From the NCBI RefSeq assembly GCF_006345805.1, contig NC_043008.1, positions 37,324,001-37,388,000 on the forward strand: DNA of 64,000 nucleotides. The letters run 5' to 3'. This stretch comes from Octopus sinensis (taxonomy: Eukaryota). Position 1 is the stretch's first letter. Each line of letters starts with the position of its first letter. This document shows positions 1-13,154 of this stretch, in pieces. The notes beneath the pieces were generated by a model that made no database searches, was not told the origin of the DNA, and saw nothing but the letters and a program-made list of their open reading frames with translations. The translations under genes and the position numbers were made by a program.

Positions 1-357
1 GTGTTAGTAATGTAAGGTGGAGGGTGATGTCATGGGAGGTGAGATAACCTAAATTGAAATCTTCTGTCAAAATTTCAAGTTAATTTAATTTTCAAGAACC
101 TGATTAATAATGGCAGTGTTCTTTTACTAAATTATTCATTATTTTCAAAATTAATTAAAACAAAGTCCATTTCAACAGAACTATGATGACAAAAGGGCTA
201 ACATAGCTTGCTCAGAGTGGCCAGTGGCATGTGGAGGAAGGCTACAGATAAATACATATAAAATGAATTCTTGATTTATGAAAACTATCTCTGCCTCTAA
301 GGGGTGTGTAACAATTACTAAATGGTAACTGAGAGCAGCTACATGTGAGAAGGGGAC

Positions 358-394
<37 letters not shown>

Positions 395-433
395 TCAATG
401 TATCTTATATCCAAAAAGAAGCACTCTCTAAAG

Positions 434-541
434 CAGCGTTTCTCAACCAGGGTTCTCTGAATAGGTTCCTAGGGGTTCTGCAAGAAAGAGTGAGATAAGC
501 TAATGCTAATTTCAATATATATTTAATATATGATGATGATC

Positions 542-632
<91 letters not shown>

Positions 633-799
633 ATATATTAAATATATATATATATATATATATGTATGTATTTACCACATGAACTATGGTGACAAAAATA
701 TAAAAAAGATATGGTAAACAATTTTTGGGGGCAGGGGTTCCTTGAGATATGTAATTTATTCGAAGGGTTATGCAAGGGCAAAAAGGTTGAGAAACACTG
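434..799. mobile_element. hAT (Charlie-like) MITE with an internal (TA)n tract
   Basis: TIRs CAGCGTTTCTCAACC / GGTTGAGAAACACTG; 8-bp TSD CTCTAAAG (426-433) / CTCTAAAA (800-807). Confidence 0.85.
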
Positions 800-888
800 C
801 TCTAAAACAGAGTAATAATGTATTTATATGCAGTTAAATATATGTCCATCATAGCGTGATCCATAAAAGCCTTGGCCCATTGACAGGG

Positions 889-935
<47 letters not shown>

Positions 936-1029
936 CATCATCATCACCGTTTAACATCTATCTTCTATACTGGCATGGTCTGGATAGTTTGCAAGAGCCA
1001 GCCAGACATTGATCCTTTCTTTCCAATAA

Positions 1030-2220
1030 TATTTGAATCAGTATAAAAAATATTTTCATTGCAATGTTTTGTGGTGTTTTTGCAGCTCTGTTCTTCCTCT
1101 GCAACTTTTGTTTATCATTTTTGAAATTTGAATAAGCTTTACCTTCTTTCAGACATATGACAATTGAGGGCCACATAGAAACAAACGAGCATTTTCAACG
1201 TCTGTTTCTTCTTTTAGCTTTCATTTAAGGTTCCAAACCTGCCAAAACCACTTGAGACATTTGTGCTGTGTATAGAGAAGGTACTATTGCTAAAAGAACT
1301 GCACAGAAATGTTATTCATATTTCAAGGAAGGGAAATTCAACCTCAAACTCTTAGTGTTCAGGTCGGCCTGTTCAGTTCAGTGAGGATCAATTGAATGAG
1401 TTCAATGACAAGGAACCATGCCGAACCATTTAGGAATCGATCTGGCAAAATGAATGCTCTCATGTTACCATCACCCATAACTTTTGATTGAAAGGTAAGG
1501 TTCAAAATCTCAGTGCATGAATGCTACACACTCTGAACAAAAAGAACAAGCATCAGTGCTTCTCTATGGCTGCTAAATTGCTTGTTTGGTAAGAAGCTAC
1601 TCATGGACACAAACAGAGATTTCTTCACTGCAGCATCACCTATGATGGAAAAGGAAATAGGGAAAAAATGACTGAGTCAGCAAGCAAGCAATACCTCAAC
1701 CTAAGACGTAACTACAGCCACTCAAAGCAATGATAAGTGCTTGGTAGGACTAGAAATAGCTAATCCAAAATGAAATACTTCAAAACAACTAAAGGGTTAA
1801 TGCAAAATTACACAAGCAACAAATGAACTTCTTAACAAAGCAATCCAGATGAACTATCCTGATTGGTGACAAATGTGCTTAGCCCCACATTGGTAATTTG
1901 ACCAAAAATGCTATTCAAGAGCTTGGTTAGAAAGTTTTACTGTGGCTAACATATTCTCCTGATATAGTGCCTTCTGATTATAATCATTTTTGGCTGATCT
2001 TTAACTGTCTATGAGGCATACCTTTCAACAATAACATTGAGCTGAAAACATGACTTAATGAATTCTTTGATCAAGACACAGAGTTGTCTAACGTCAAGGC
2101 ATTCACAAACTAGTGGAAGATTGGCCTGAAATCTTGAACGATAAAATAGACTGAATTGTTAAAATTGATGGTGAAGAATAAAGGATTAAAATAAATGAAT
2201 GAATTTATGTACCAACCCAA
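1030..2220 (+). pseudogene. Degenerate mariner transposon (transposase with many stops/frameshifts)
   Basis: Remnant motifs ICAVY-EG-IA-RTA (HTH region), GRPV, HGHKQRF and TYSPDIVPSDY (YSPDLAPSD-like, ~1950-1985); mariner-type right TIR ...TTTATGTACCAACCCAA ending at 2220; left end approximate. Confidence 0.8.
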
Positions 2221-2840
2221 TGCATATGCACACACACACACGTGTGTGCATGTGTGTTTGTGTTGCGTGTTTGAGTATGTGTGTGTCTGTGTTTACATAT
2301 TCTTTGAATATCATAAACTACCGTCAATGACAGTTATCATTCAGTTTGTAAACAAACCATCCACAAATTTTGCACTGTTGAAGATATGTGAAATAAGTGG
2401 TCTTTTACTTGAACAACAAGTAAAAGATAGAGCATGAGGGAGAGGAAAGAGAGAGGGGATGGGTATTAACCTGGAGAGCATTACTTCAATAAAACATACA
2501 TCTAACCTGCTAGCATGGAAAAACAGATGTAAAAAAATGTATGAACTCTGTTTAATTTTGAACTGGTATTCGTTCAAACTACTCTTAAAGGAGGATAATC
2601 TTCACCACTATGCATTAGTTTATCTTCAAACTTCTTATTCTTCAAAGTAAATTATGGAATTGGCACCAATATCTAGATATGCAACACGAAAGTGACTAGA
2701 TAAGAATGAAAGAAGAAAAAGTATAGCTTAAAATACAATAAAATAGACATCCCATTTCATGTCTGCACAAAAAGAGAAGGAGAGGAACAATCTATTTTCT
2801 TGTAGTTACTTAAAACTTGTTAAATCATTACATTCATACA

Positions 2841-2872
<32 letters not shown>

Positions 2873-2899
2873 CAAATACTTATATACACACATGCACAG

Positions 2900-2950
<51 letters not shown>

Positions 2951-2955
2951 CACAA

Positions 2956-3005
<50 letters not shown>

Positions 3006-3063
3006 GTATGTATGTATGTATATATCTATCTATCTATCGATTTGTCTATCTAAATATATATAC

Positions 3064-3952
3064 TACATGAAAAAATGTGAGCAAAAGAAATAATATTCTT
3101 AAGAATATAGACCTGGAAAAGTAGACGACAAATTATAACACTTGAAAAAGTTCTGGACAAGTTATTATATCTGGTAAAGTACAGAACAAGAAAATTTCTA
3201 CTTAAAATATTGCAGCTATGGATAAAATTTCAAATAAAATATTTACATTTAGAAAATATTAACTTTTATTAAAACTAAAAATTTTATTACAAATTATTAC
3301 TTCTATTTGTTATTCTATTAAAAATAAAAAAATAACTGCTATTAAAAATAAAAAATAACTCAATTAAAATATTTTATGCACTTTAAAAAAATTCATTTTT
3401 TTCAATTATTCATTAATAATTAGAAATTTGAAAATAGGTTATAAAAAATAATAGTAGTACATAATTAGTTAGTATGATAAATAGAATAATAAAAAAATTA
3501 GTTATATATTACAGTAAAATCTATTTATAATAACAAATTCACAGTAAAATTTGCCTAAGCTATTGCCAAGTCTTCACATTTTTAGTCTTGACCCAATGCC
3601 TATTTTTTCATAATGAATTTATCTTCCATATATACTATTCTACTTTGCATAAAACTTTAGCTATATTGGTACTACTGGCACTCATTTTTTAAGTATTACA
3701 GTGCGTCAATATTTTGACAAAATGATGGTACCTTTTTTAATCATAATGTTGCTTTGTAAATTAAAATCAGATAAGTTTTGATATTCAGATTTCATCCGTA
3801 GCTGCAATATTCTAAGTAAAAATATTCTTGTTCTGTACTTTACCAGATGTAATAAGGCATCCTGAACTTTTCCAGGTGTAATAACTTTCCTGTAATTTTC
3901 CAGGTTTATAATCTTAAGAATATTATTTTTCTTGCTCACATTTTCCCATGTA
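3064..3952. mobile_element. Non-autonomous fold-back DNA element with ~165-bp imperfect terminal inverted repeats
   Basis: 3064-3230 (TACATGAAAAAATGTGAGCAAAAG...GCAGCTATGGATAAAAT) is the reverse complement of ~3788-3952 (...CTTGCTCACATTTTCCCATGTA); AT-rich interior without a credible ORF. Confidence 0.7.
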
Positions 3953-4959
3953 ATCCATGTTTTTTCCAGGCAATGCTATTAGGCTAATTAATAATGTGTC
4001 AATTAGTGGTGTCATTGATAATTTTTTCCTTACCTCAATGACGTTGGTGACAGATATCAAAGTCCCCTTATAGAACTATATTCATAACAAAAAGTATTGA
4101 ATTATATTATCACCCTCAAATTTGAGAAATAAACACTCAACTTTTTTCTTTTAAAACTTCATTGCATGAGATTGATACCATGAAATTCCTCGAATTGAGC
4201 TCTATTATCTAACCTTAATTAAAATATAGTTTGTTTTTAAAATAAAAAGTTAATTATACTTAAATCCAACTTTTTGCCTTACTTATATTTTTTCATGATA
4301 ATTTACTTCATAACTTTTTGATATGAAATTCTTTATGCTTTCTTCTATCATTAAAGCTAAGATAAATATATTTTGCTTTTAACATAAAAAAGTTATTTAG
4401 ATCTGAACTTGATTGGTGGCGTTACTTACTCTCCTATAACATTGCTACATATTTTGATGTAAACTTTTTTTTACTGGATCAAATCTCAATTTTTGTATGC
4501 TAAAACGTAGCTAAGGACCAGTCCTCTTCAAAAATGTTAACGGTTTACAATTTGATTAAGAACTGAATTGGCGACAAGCTCTGAAAGATGCAGCATGTGA
4601 GTAAATTGCGGCCTTAAGAATATTATTCAACTACTACTGTAGGTGAATGACACACACACACACACACACACATGCACACACCCACACACATAAACATATG
4701 TAATGCAGGTATATGTATATCTTTCAGCAAACATCATAAACGGCCCCAAGGAAGCCAAAAGACCATTGTTTCTTTAATAAAAATTACCCTATGTGATATT
4801 TGTTCCCCCTGAACTATGCAGAGAATCCTTTATCACTCTCTTCATCAGAAAATCAGAAATGCAGAGAACCTGTGATTACTTGAGCTGAAAATCTGCATAT
4901 TCTGATGCTATTGCTCACCAAAGACTGTGTGTGTGCGTGTGAGTGTGTGTGTGTGTGTG

Positions 4960-5797
4960 TCATCATTTTATATTTTTAATTTCGTGCATGTGCATTGTTT
5001 GATTTTGATTTTGGCGACTACACAGTATAGTAGGTCAGTTGGGCACAGTCTGTGAGAGAAACAGCACCATGACGCAATTCACTCTGCTAGAAATTTCGAA
5101 ATGACATGCTGTACTGCTTGGCATTCACACCAGGAGCTCCAATACAAACATTTCAGAGTGTTTGAGTGTGAATCTGAGGACATGTACCGAGACTGATAAA
5201 AATCAAACATCGAGTCAACATCATGATGATAGGAGTGATGACAACATTATTCCTCCATTCATCTTCCCACACAGCCTCACACTCAACACGGAGGCCTACA
5301 TCAAGTGCCTGGAGATGGTAGTGCTGCCCTGGGTGAGGAAGGTGGTTGCTGGAAGACCCTATGTCTGGCACCATGACACTGCCCCATGCTACATAAGCAG
5401 GAGAACCCAGTCATGGCTGTGAGACAATTTCTGCGACTACATCATCCCTAGCATCTGGCCACCTAACTCCCCAGACTGCAACCATTTTAGTTACCATGCA
5501 TGGGCTGCAGTTGCTAAGAGTCCAACAAAACTTCTTGTAATACCAAAGATGAACTGAAGGCAAGGATTATGGCAGCATTCATCAACTTAAACAAGGAAGA
5601 CTGTCCAGAATAATTGCAGGAGATTCTGAAGTTGTCTGGAGGCCGTGGTTGTTTCCAATGTCAATTTTAATGAATAAATTTACTCTGTATTATTTCCAGA
5701 TATTTTTATATAATTTTTGTAAATATGTGTTAAAATGAGATGTTAGAATTATTTTCATTTTTACATAATTTAGACAACAGTTTATTCAGTGCACCTT
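4960..5797 (+). mobile_element. Internally deleted maT-like (DD37D) Tc1/mariner element, copy 1
   Basis: PPFIFPHSLTLNTEAYIKCLEMVVLPWVRKVVAGRPYVWHHDTAPC then WPPNSPDCN; N-terminus (MTQFTL) joined directly to the catalytic region; right end ...GTTTATTCAGTGCACC followed by a TA tract. Confidence 0.85.
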
Positions 5798-6195
5798 TTA
5801 TATATATATATATATATTATATATATATATATATATATATGTAGAAATAGAGATGAAGACAGATACAAGCACACACACTCACACACACACACACAACACA
5901 CACACACATGCACACACCCACACACATAAACATATGTAATGCAGGTATATGTATATCTTTCAGCAAACATCATAAACGGCCCCAAGGAAGCCAAAAGACC
6001 ATTGTTTCTTTAATAAAAATTACCCTGTGTGATATTTGTTCCCCCTGAACTATGCAGAGAATCCTTTATCACTCTCTTCATCAGAAAATCAGAAATGCAG
6101 AGAACCTGTGATTACTTGAGCTGAAAATCTGCATATTCTGATGCTATTGCTCACCAAAGACTGTGTGTGTGCGTGTGAGTGTGTGTGTGTGTGTG

Positions 6196-7031
6196 TCATC
6201 ATTTTATATTTTTAATTTCGTGCATGTGCATTGTTTGATTTTGATTTTGGCGACTACACAGTATAGTAGGGTCAGTTGGGCACAGTCTGTGAGAGAAACA
6301 GCACCATGACGCAATTCACTCTGCTAGAAATTTCGAAATGACATGCTGTACTGCTTGGCATTCACACCAGGAGCTCCAATACAAACATTTCAGAGTGTTT
6401 GAGTGTGAATCTGAGGACATGTACCGAGACTGATAAAAATCAAACATCGAGTCAACATCATGATGATAGGAGTGATGACAACATTATTCCTCCATTCATC
6501 TTCCCACACAGCCTCACACTCAACACGGAGGCCTACATCAAGTGCCTGGAGATGGTAGTGCTGCCCTGGGTGAGGAAGGTGGTTGCTGGAAGACCCTATG
6601 TCTGGCACCATGACACTGCCCCATGCTACATAAGCAGGAGAACCCAGTCATGGCTGTGAGACAATTTCTGCGACTACATCATCCCTAGCATCTGGCCACC
6701 TAACTCCCCAGACTGCAACCATTTTAGTTACCATGCATGGGCTGCAGTTGCTAAGAGTCCAACAAAACTTCTTGTAATACCAAAGATGAACTGAAGGCAA
6801 GGATTATGGCAGCATTCATCAACTTAAACAAGGAAGACTGTCCAGAATAATTGCAGGAGATTCTGAAGTTGTCTGGAGGCCGTGGTTGTTTCCAATGTCA
6901 ATTTTAATGAATAAATTTACTCTGTATTATTTCCAGATATTTTTATATAATTTTTGTAAATATGTGTTAAAATGAGATGTTAGAATTATTTTCATTTTTA
7001 CATAATTTAGACAACAGTTTATTCAGTGCAC

Positions 7032-7034
<3 letters not shown>
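6196..7034 (+). mobile_element. Internally deleted maT-like element, copy 2 (inside the duplication)
   Basis: Essentially identical to 4960-5797. Confidence 0.85.
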
Positions 7035-7080
<46 letters not shown>

Positions 7081-7127
7081 GTAGAAATAGAGATGAAGAC
7101 AGATACAAGCACACACACTCACACACA

Positions 7128-7172
<45 letters not shown>

Positions 7173-7919
7173 GTATTGTACTAATAACATTAAATACAAG
7201 ACTAGCAAAACCCAGTCCTGTCAAGATTTGAACTAAAACCATACAAGCAAAATAAGAAAACATCACAACACAGTGTATTGTAGTATTCCATTTCTGCCAA
7301 CTTACTATTATCATATTAAGTATTCATATCAAATATTGAAGTCTTTAATACCAAGAACCACAAGAATTGGCATGATTATGCTAATAAAATTAAACAAATT
7401 TTACAACATATTGTCAGTCAATATATGTTATTGTATTAAAAAGACAAAAAAAAAAAAAAGAAAAGAAATCAATTGTAATTCCAGACTTTGAGGAAACATT
7501 GTATACGTCTGACTAGTTCTTAATGAATCTAAATAAGTAATCACGAAGAAATCAGCAATGAAAATTAGAATCAAATTTACAGAACTGGTGATTAGCTTGA
7601 GTGCACGAATAAGCAGCAGGAAGTTTTAAAACTGCTGATCTAATTGGTGATGCTGGCATGTTAAATTCGATCAAGCTGGTGTAAGTGAATTCAGATGGGT
7701 CATTAAACAAAGTGTTATATTTGTGATCTGTGAGTAATATCCAATGGAATGAGTCCCGGAGGGGGGAAAGCAGATTTAGTCATTTTGATGTATGTGATAA
7801 CATACATATACAGGCGCGCAACACACACACACACACACACACACATACACATTATATATATATGCATATATATATATATGTGTATGTGTATATATAATAT
7901 ATATATAATATATATATAT

Positions 7920-7957
<38 letters not shown>

Positions 7958-8050
7958 TGTTATATATATGTATATATATATGTATATATGTATATATACG
8001 TAGATATATATATGTATATATATATATGTATACATATATGTATATATATA

Positions 8051-8085
<35 letters not shown>

Positions 8086-8461
8086 CTGCCTACATGCATG
8101 CATGCATGCATACATACATACGTATGTACATTCATACATACATACATACATACATACATACATGCATACATACATATATATATATTATAAATATGGAAAA
8201 ATTGGATTAAAGAATCTTGGCAGATATTAAGTATCAATATAAAGGAATGAGGTTAAATTTCCAAAAAGCTGATACCAGTAAGTGTATGTAGAGTACAAAT
8301 CCCAGGTAAATCTTCAATTATGGCAAATAAATCCAACAATCTGTATGCATAATTTTAAGAAATTCGGAGTATTAGCAACAATCAATAATGTGTATGAAGT
8401 AAATCATTTCATTATTTTAGACCACACCTTAAAAATCCAACAATTGTTTCAATTGCATTAA

Positions 8462-8760
8462 CATCATCATCATCATCATCATCGTTTAACGTCCGTTTTC
8501 TACTCTAGCATGGGTTGGACAGTTCGACCAAGGTCTGGGAAGCCAGGAGGCTGCACCAGGCTCCAGTCTGATCTGGCAGTGTTTCTACAGCTGGATGCCC
8601 TTCCTAACGCCAACCACTGCGTGAATGTAGTGGGTGCGTTTTACATGCCACTGGCACAGGGGCCAGAGGAGGCTGGCAAACGGCCATGATCGGTTGGTGC
8701 ATTTACGTGTCACCGACACGGACGGTGCTTTTTGCATGTCACCGGCACGAGTATCTTAAC
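8462..8760 (-). mobile_element. RTE-LINE 3'UTR-derived repeat with (GAT)n tail
   Basis: CATCATCGTTTAACGTCCG...CTGGATGCCCTTCCTAACGCCAACCAC shared with 10725-10930, 44228-44582, 55790-56420, 60830-61033 and the RTE tails at 23340 and 24890. Confidence 0.8.
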
Positions 8761-9023
8761 TATAATTTCCATTTGATTTTTATTTTGATGTTGGTGTTGA
8801 CATATTTGACTCAATAGGTCTCCGTATATATATTCATACATACACTTATAGATATTTAGATATACATAGTATTATTAAAATTAATGATAATATGTAAGAT
8901 AATTTATATCATCACAGCATTATCAAGCAAATCTAAATTGGAGAAATTTTAACTGAACATCTGAAAAAAATTTTTAACTGTGAAAAAATACTAACAAAAA
9001 AGAACACCAATGTATATATATAC

Positions 9024-9067
<44 letters not shown>

Positions 9068-9309
9068 TGGTATATTGATGCAAACAGGAAAACAGAACTC
9101 AGAATATGAGTATATGTATATTTTTATTAAGTAGAAGTAACAGTTTAACTCAAGTTCCGAGTCACTCTTGGACCAAGGAGCGGCTCAGTAAGGAAAATAA
9201 ATCAGAAAGTAGCAGGAATATGTTTGTATATGCATGCATACATACATGTATGCATGCATACATACGAGTATATGTACATACATACAAAGATGCATGAAGA
9301 CGAACATAT

Positions 9310-10080
9310 CACACCCCACCCCTCAGGTAGGTGGCCCTGCTTGATCTGTAGAAAAGGTATAGGTAGAAACTCCATAAGATGTACCCAGTGTAAGCTATGG
9401 ACACATAAGAGGTGCAGCAACATCAAAGGAAGATTAACTGAGAAGATAGCTTTCATGTGCGGCAGATGCACAGGGACAGTAGACACCACAGATGCTCAGA
9501 AAAGAGATTCCATCACATGCCAGTGAGGGGAAAATAGAAGTAGTTGATAGCTTCTGCTACCTAGGTGACCAAGTCAGTAGTGGGGGTGGATGCTCAGAGA
9601 GTGTTACCACTAGAATAAGAATAGCCTGAGCAAAGTTTAGAAAGCTTCTACCCCTACTGGTGACAAAGAGCCTCTCGCTCAGAGTGATAGGTAGATTGTA
9701 CAATGCATCTGTGCAAACTGCCATGCTTCATGGCAGTGAAACATGGGCCATGACTGCGGAGGACATGCATAGGCTCAAAAGAAATGAAGGTAGCATGATC
9801 CGCTGGATGTGTAATGTTAGTGTTCACACACAACAGAGTGTAAGCACCCTGAGAGAAATGTTGGACATAAGAGGCAGTGCAAGAGAGACATTTGCTCTAG
9901 TATGGTCATGTACTATGGATGGATGAGAAGAGATGTGTGAAGAAGTGCCACTCCCAAACAGTTGAAGGAATCTGGAGTAGAGGTAGACCCAGGAAGCATG
10001 ACCTCTGAACGTTGGGCCTCACAGAGGCAATGATGAAAGATTGAGACCTCTGGAGATATGCTGTGACTGTGAAACCTGGC
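9310..10080 (+). pseudogene. 5'-truncated RTE-clade LINE ORF2 fragment with PHD-like zinc finger
   Basis: WPCLICRKGIGRNSIRCTQCKLWTHKRC...CGRC, then EVVDSFCYLGD, GRLYNASVQTAMLHGSETW, GHVLWMD and RGRPRK; stops and frameshifts present. Confidence 0.9.
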
Positions 10081-10598
10081 AAATTATATAAACTGAAGCA
10101 ACCACCACAAAGAATCTCTTATCCAATGCTTCCTAAAATATATTGCACATTTCAATATTTTTTTATTCTTTCCTATTACTCTTTTATTTGTTTTAGACAC
10201 ACATGTTTCTCACAAACTTTTACAGACAACTCTTGCTGACTTGCAACAGAGCCACCTCCAGTGACGATGTGATGTACCAAGGGATGTAACTCTTAACTCA
10301 GTCCCCTGTTCAATTCGTTTCCTCATCTGTTTTCCCAGCAGCCACAAAACAGATGTGTCTATTCAACTCCAACAATAAAGAGCAGTCATCAAATTTCATT
10401 CCGTATTGGCTACCTCTAATGAGCGCGGGGTTACATAATTGAACTGTCACTAAACACTCCGTTGAATCCGTAGTGCAAAACCGATTGGTAATATCAGTCG
10501 TAAGGAATATATAATACTGTACACTTTGATTAATATACCCACTGTATTGACAGATATGTGAGTGTATTTTTTCTAACTTACAATTTACGTATATATAT

Positions 10599-10631
<33 letters not shown>

Positions 10632-10724
10632 GTATATAAATGGAAAGTTTACGGAAATAAACAAAGACGAAGGCAGGTGGTGTACAAACAAACAGATGTA
10701 TTAGTATAGCGCTCAGACTTTACA

Positions 10725-10930
10725 TATCATCATCATCATCATCGTTTAGCATCCGCTTTCCATGCTGGCATGGGTTCGACATTTCAACTGGGGTCTGGGA
10801 AGCCAGAAGGCGGCACCAGGCACAGTCTGATCTGGCAATGTTTCTACGGCTGGATGCCCTTCCTAACGCCAACCACTCCATGAGTGTAGTGGGTGCTTTT
10901 GAAGTACCACCGGCACAGATGCCAGACGAG
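10725..10930 (-). mobile_element. RTE 3'UTR-derived repeat
   Basis: Same family as 8462-8760. Confidence 0.8.
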
Positions 10931-10982
10931 GCACACACACATATATATATATATATCATCATCATTGTTGAATGTCTACACG

Positions 10983-11026
<44 letters not shown>

Positions 11027-12091
11027 TAAATATGAATATAAAATATATATGTATATATATATATATATTTATATACTTTATATACATATTACTCTATACA
11101 TATTACTCTACCACTGGTATTTGAGTACTCTTTTTTTCCACCTTGTTTCACATTTATGTGTTTACTCTGGTATATATTTATATATATATATGTATCTATA
11201 TGTTTATATATATGTATATATATTTATATATATGTTTGTATACATGTATATATAATATAGATATATGGGTATGTGTGTTTGTGTGTGTATATATGCATAT
11301 TTACTTCTGGATGAATATGTCTGCATGTCATCCATCATACCATCTGAATAGTCATACATGCAAACAACGACAGGCTATTACTTTTGCGTATCTTAAATAA
11401 AAACATGCATGTGTATGTGTTAGTGTGTGTATGAGTTTTCATACTTGCACTCATTTTCATCAATTACCTGTATGTGCACCTGTGTAATACAATAAAAGGA
11501 ATGCATATGTGTGTGTATGTTTTTTTTTTGTATACATATATGAATATATGTATACGTGTATAATTTATATCTATACAGCTGTCATACTTTATACTTTGAA
11601 CGCATTTGTGTACACACATTAATTTTATATGATTAAATATACACTCTCTTAAATTACATATTCATTTAGTTAAATATAATCATAATATATTTTATATATT
11701 TTTAAAAATATCTTTGGTTATAAAAAACAACCTTTAATAATCATTGAATATATACTTTTATGCATAATAAGAAATATACATATGTGTACATATATGCATG
11801 TGTAAATGTATGAATGTTTACCGGTATAGACACATGAGCACTATTATTGCTTTTTGTTTTTGATCTTTTTCCTGTTTTGATTTTGTTAAAATTGTGTGTA
11901 AGAATGCATAAACTTTTGTATATTGACATTCCTTCCCTCCAAATGTCATGCTTGTAAAAATTATCTAGCAGTTATTATTGTAACAGTATTTTGATATATA
12001 TGTGTATGGGTGAGTGCATTTCTGTGTATATAGATGTATGTATATGTGTTTATGTAAATGTATATATGTATGTGTGTATATATATGTGTAT

Positions 12092-12662
12092 AAGATACAC
12101 AAGTAATTTATTCTCAAACACATGATAATGCTGATACAATAGCATGAACATGATGAACTATCTATATATTACAGAAAAATTTGTTACCGGCCAGCCATGA
12201 GACTCAAACTCACATTCCTGTGATTACACGTCAAGTGCTTTCCCTTTAAGCTAAACTGCCCAGTAATGAATTGTTCTGAAATTTTGGGATTTATAAATCT
12301 AGCTTTATAAGACGCTAACATTAAATTCAATGCTTCTAAAGCAGACGTTGTTTACTTTCATTGTAGGTTGAATTTAACATAGCTTCTTATAAAGCTAGAT
12401 TTATAAATTCGAAAATTTCAGAACAGTTCGTTATTGGGAAGTTTAGCTTAAAGGAAAAGCACTTAATGCGTAATCACAAGGATGTGAATTCGAGTTTCAT
12501 GGCTGGCCAGTAACAAATTTTTCGGCAATATATGGATAGTTTATCTTGTTCATGCTATTGTATTAGCATTATCATGCATTTGAGAATAAACTATTTCTGT
12601 ATCTTTCAATACATCTCAATGCTTCTAAAGCAAACTTTGTTTATTTTCATCGCAAGTTGAAT
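12092..12662. mobile_element. Fold-back element: ~240-bp inverted arms each with a tRNA-like segment, plus a 47-bp direct repeat
   Basis: 12092-12330 is the imperfect reverse complement of 12368-12605; 12327-12373 recurs at 12616-12662; tRNA-like A/B boxes at 12436-12508. Confidence 0.8.
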
Positions 12663-12745
12663 ATATATGTGTATGTATGTACATGTATACATATGTGTGT
12701 GTGGATGAGAGTATATATAGGTATACATATATGTATATATGTATG

Positions 12746-12783
<38 letters not shown>

Positions 12784-12825
12784 TATATAGATATATATAT
12801 ATATACATATACATATACATATACA

Positions 12826-13154
12826 TATAAGTGGGATGACCACTAAGTGGACATCCATTATGCTAGATGTAGACCCATATGGTCTGACCATATGGGGTCT
12901 AGTTCTGCAAATTATATTTTGCTATGACGATCACACTGTTGAATTGCAGACATTTATGTAAGTATTACATAAGAGGTAACAATGAAACTGGGTTTGTAAT
13001 TAATCCTTATATTTTAAATATTTTCATTTGTCTTGCTCACTTACATTCTGGCGTTTGGTGAATTTTCTTGAGAACAATCTTTTCTTAGTGGTCAGACCAT
13101 AAGGGGTCTACATCTAGCATAATGGATGTCCTCTTAGTGGTCATCCCTCTTATA
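12826..13154. mobile_element. Inverted-repeat element (~65-bp arms) in TA-rich microsatellite
   Basis: TATAAGTGGGATGACCACTAAGTGGACATCC... / ...GGATGTCCTCTTAGTGGTCATCCCTCTTATA; same family as 62521-62734. Confidence 0.8.

Larger units (their letters stand above)
4650..7125. repeat. Near-identical tandem duplication, unit ~1237 bp
   Basis: ORFs at 5162/6399 and 5153/6390 are identical and offset by 1237; outside microsatellites I saw one substitution (CCCTATGTG/CCCTGTGTG) and one 1-bp indel; junctions lie in (CA)n tracts. Confidence 0.95.

Noticed and set aside
4815-4855. Minus-strand CTGATGA followed by an AGAGAG/TTCTCT hairpin
   Set aside because: No GAAA after the hairpin, so not a hammerhead
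12436-12508. Functional tRNA gene
   Set aside because: Stems mismatched and embedded in a repeat arm; treated as tRNA-derived
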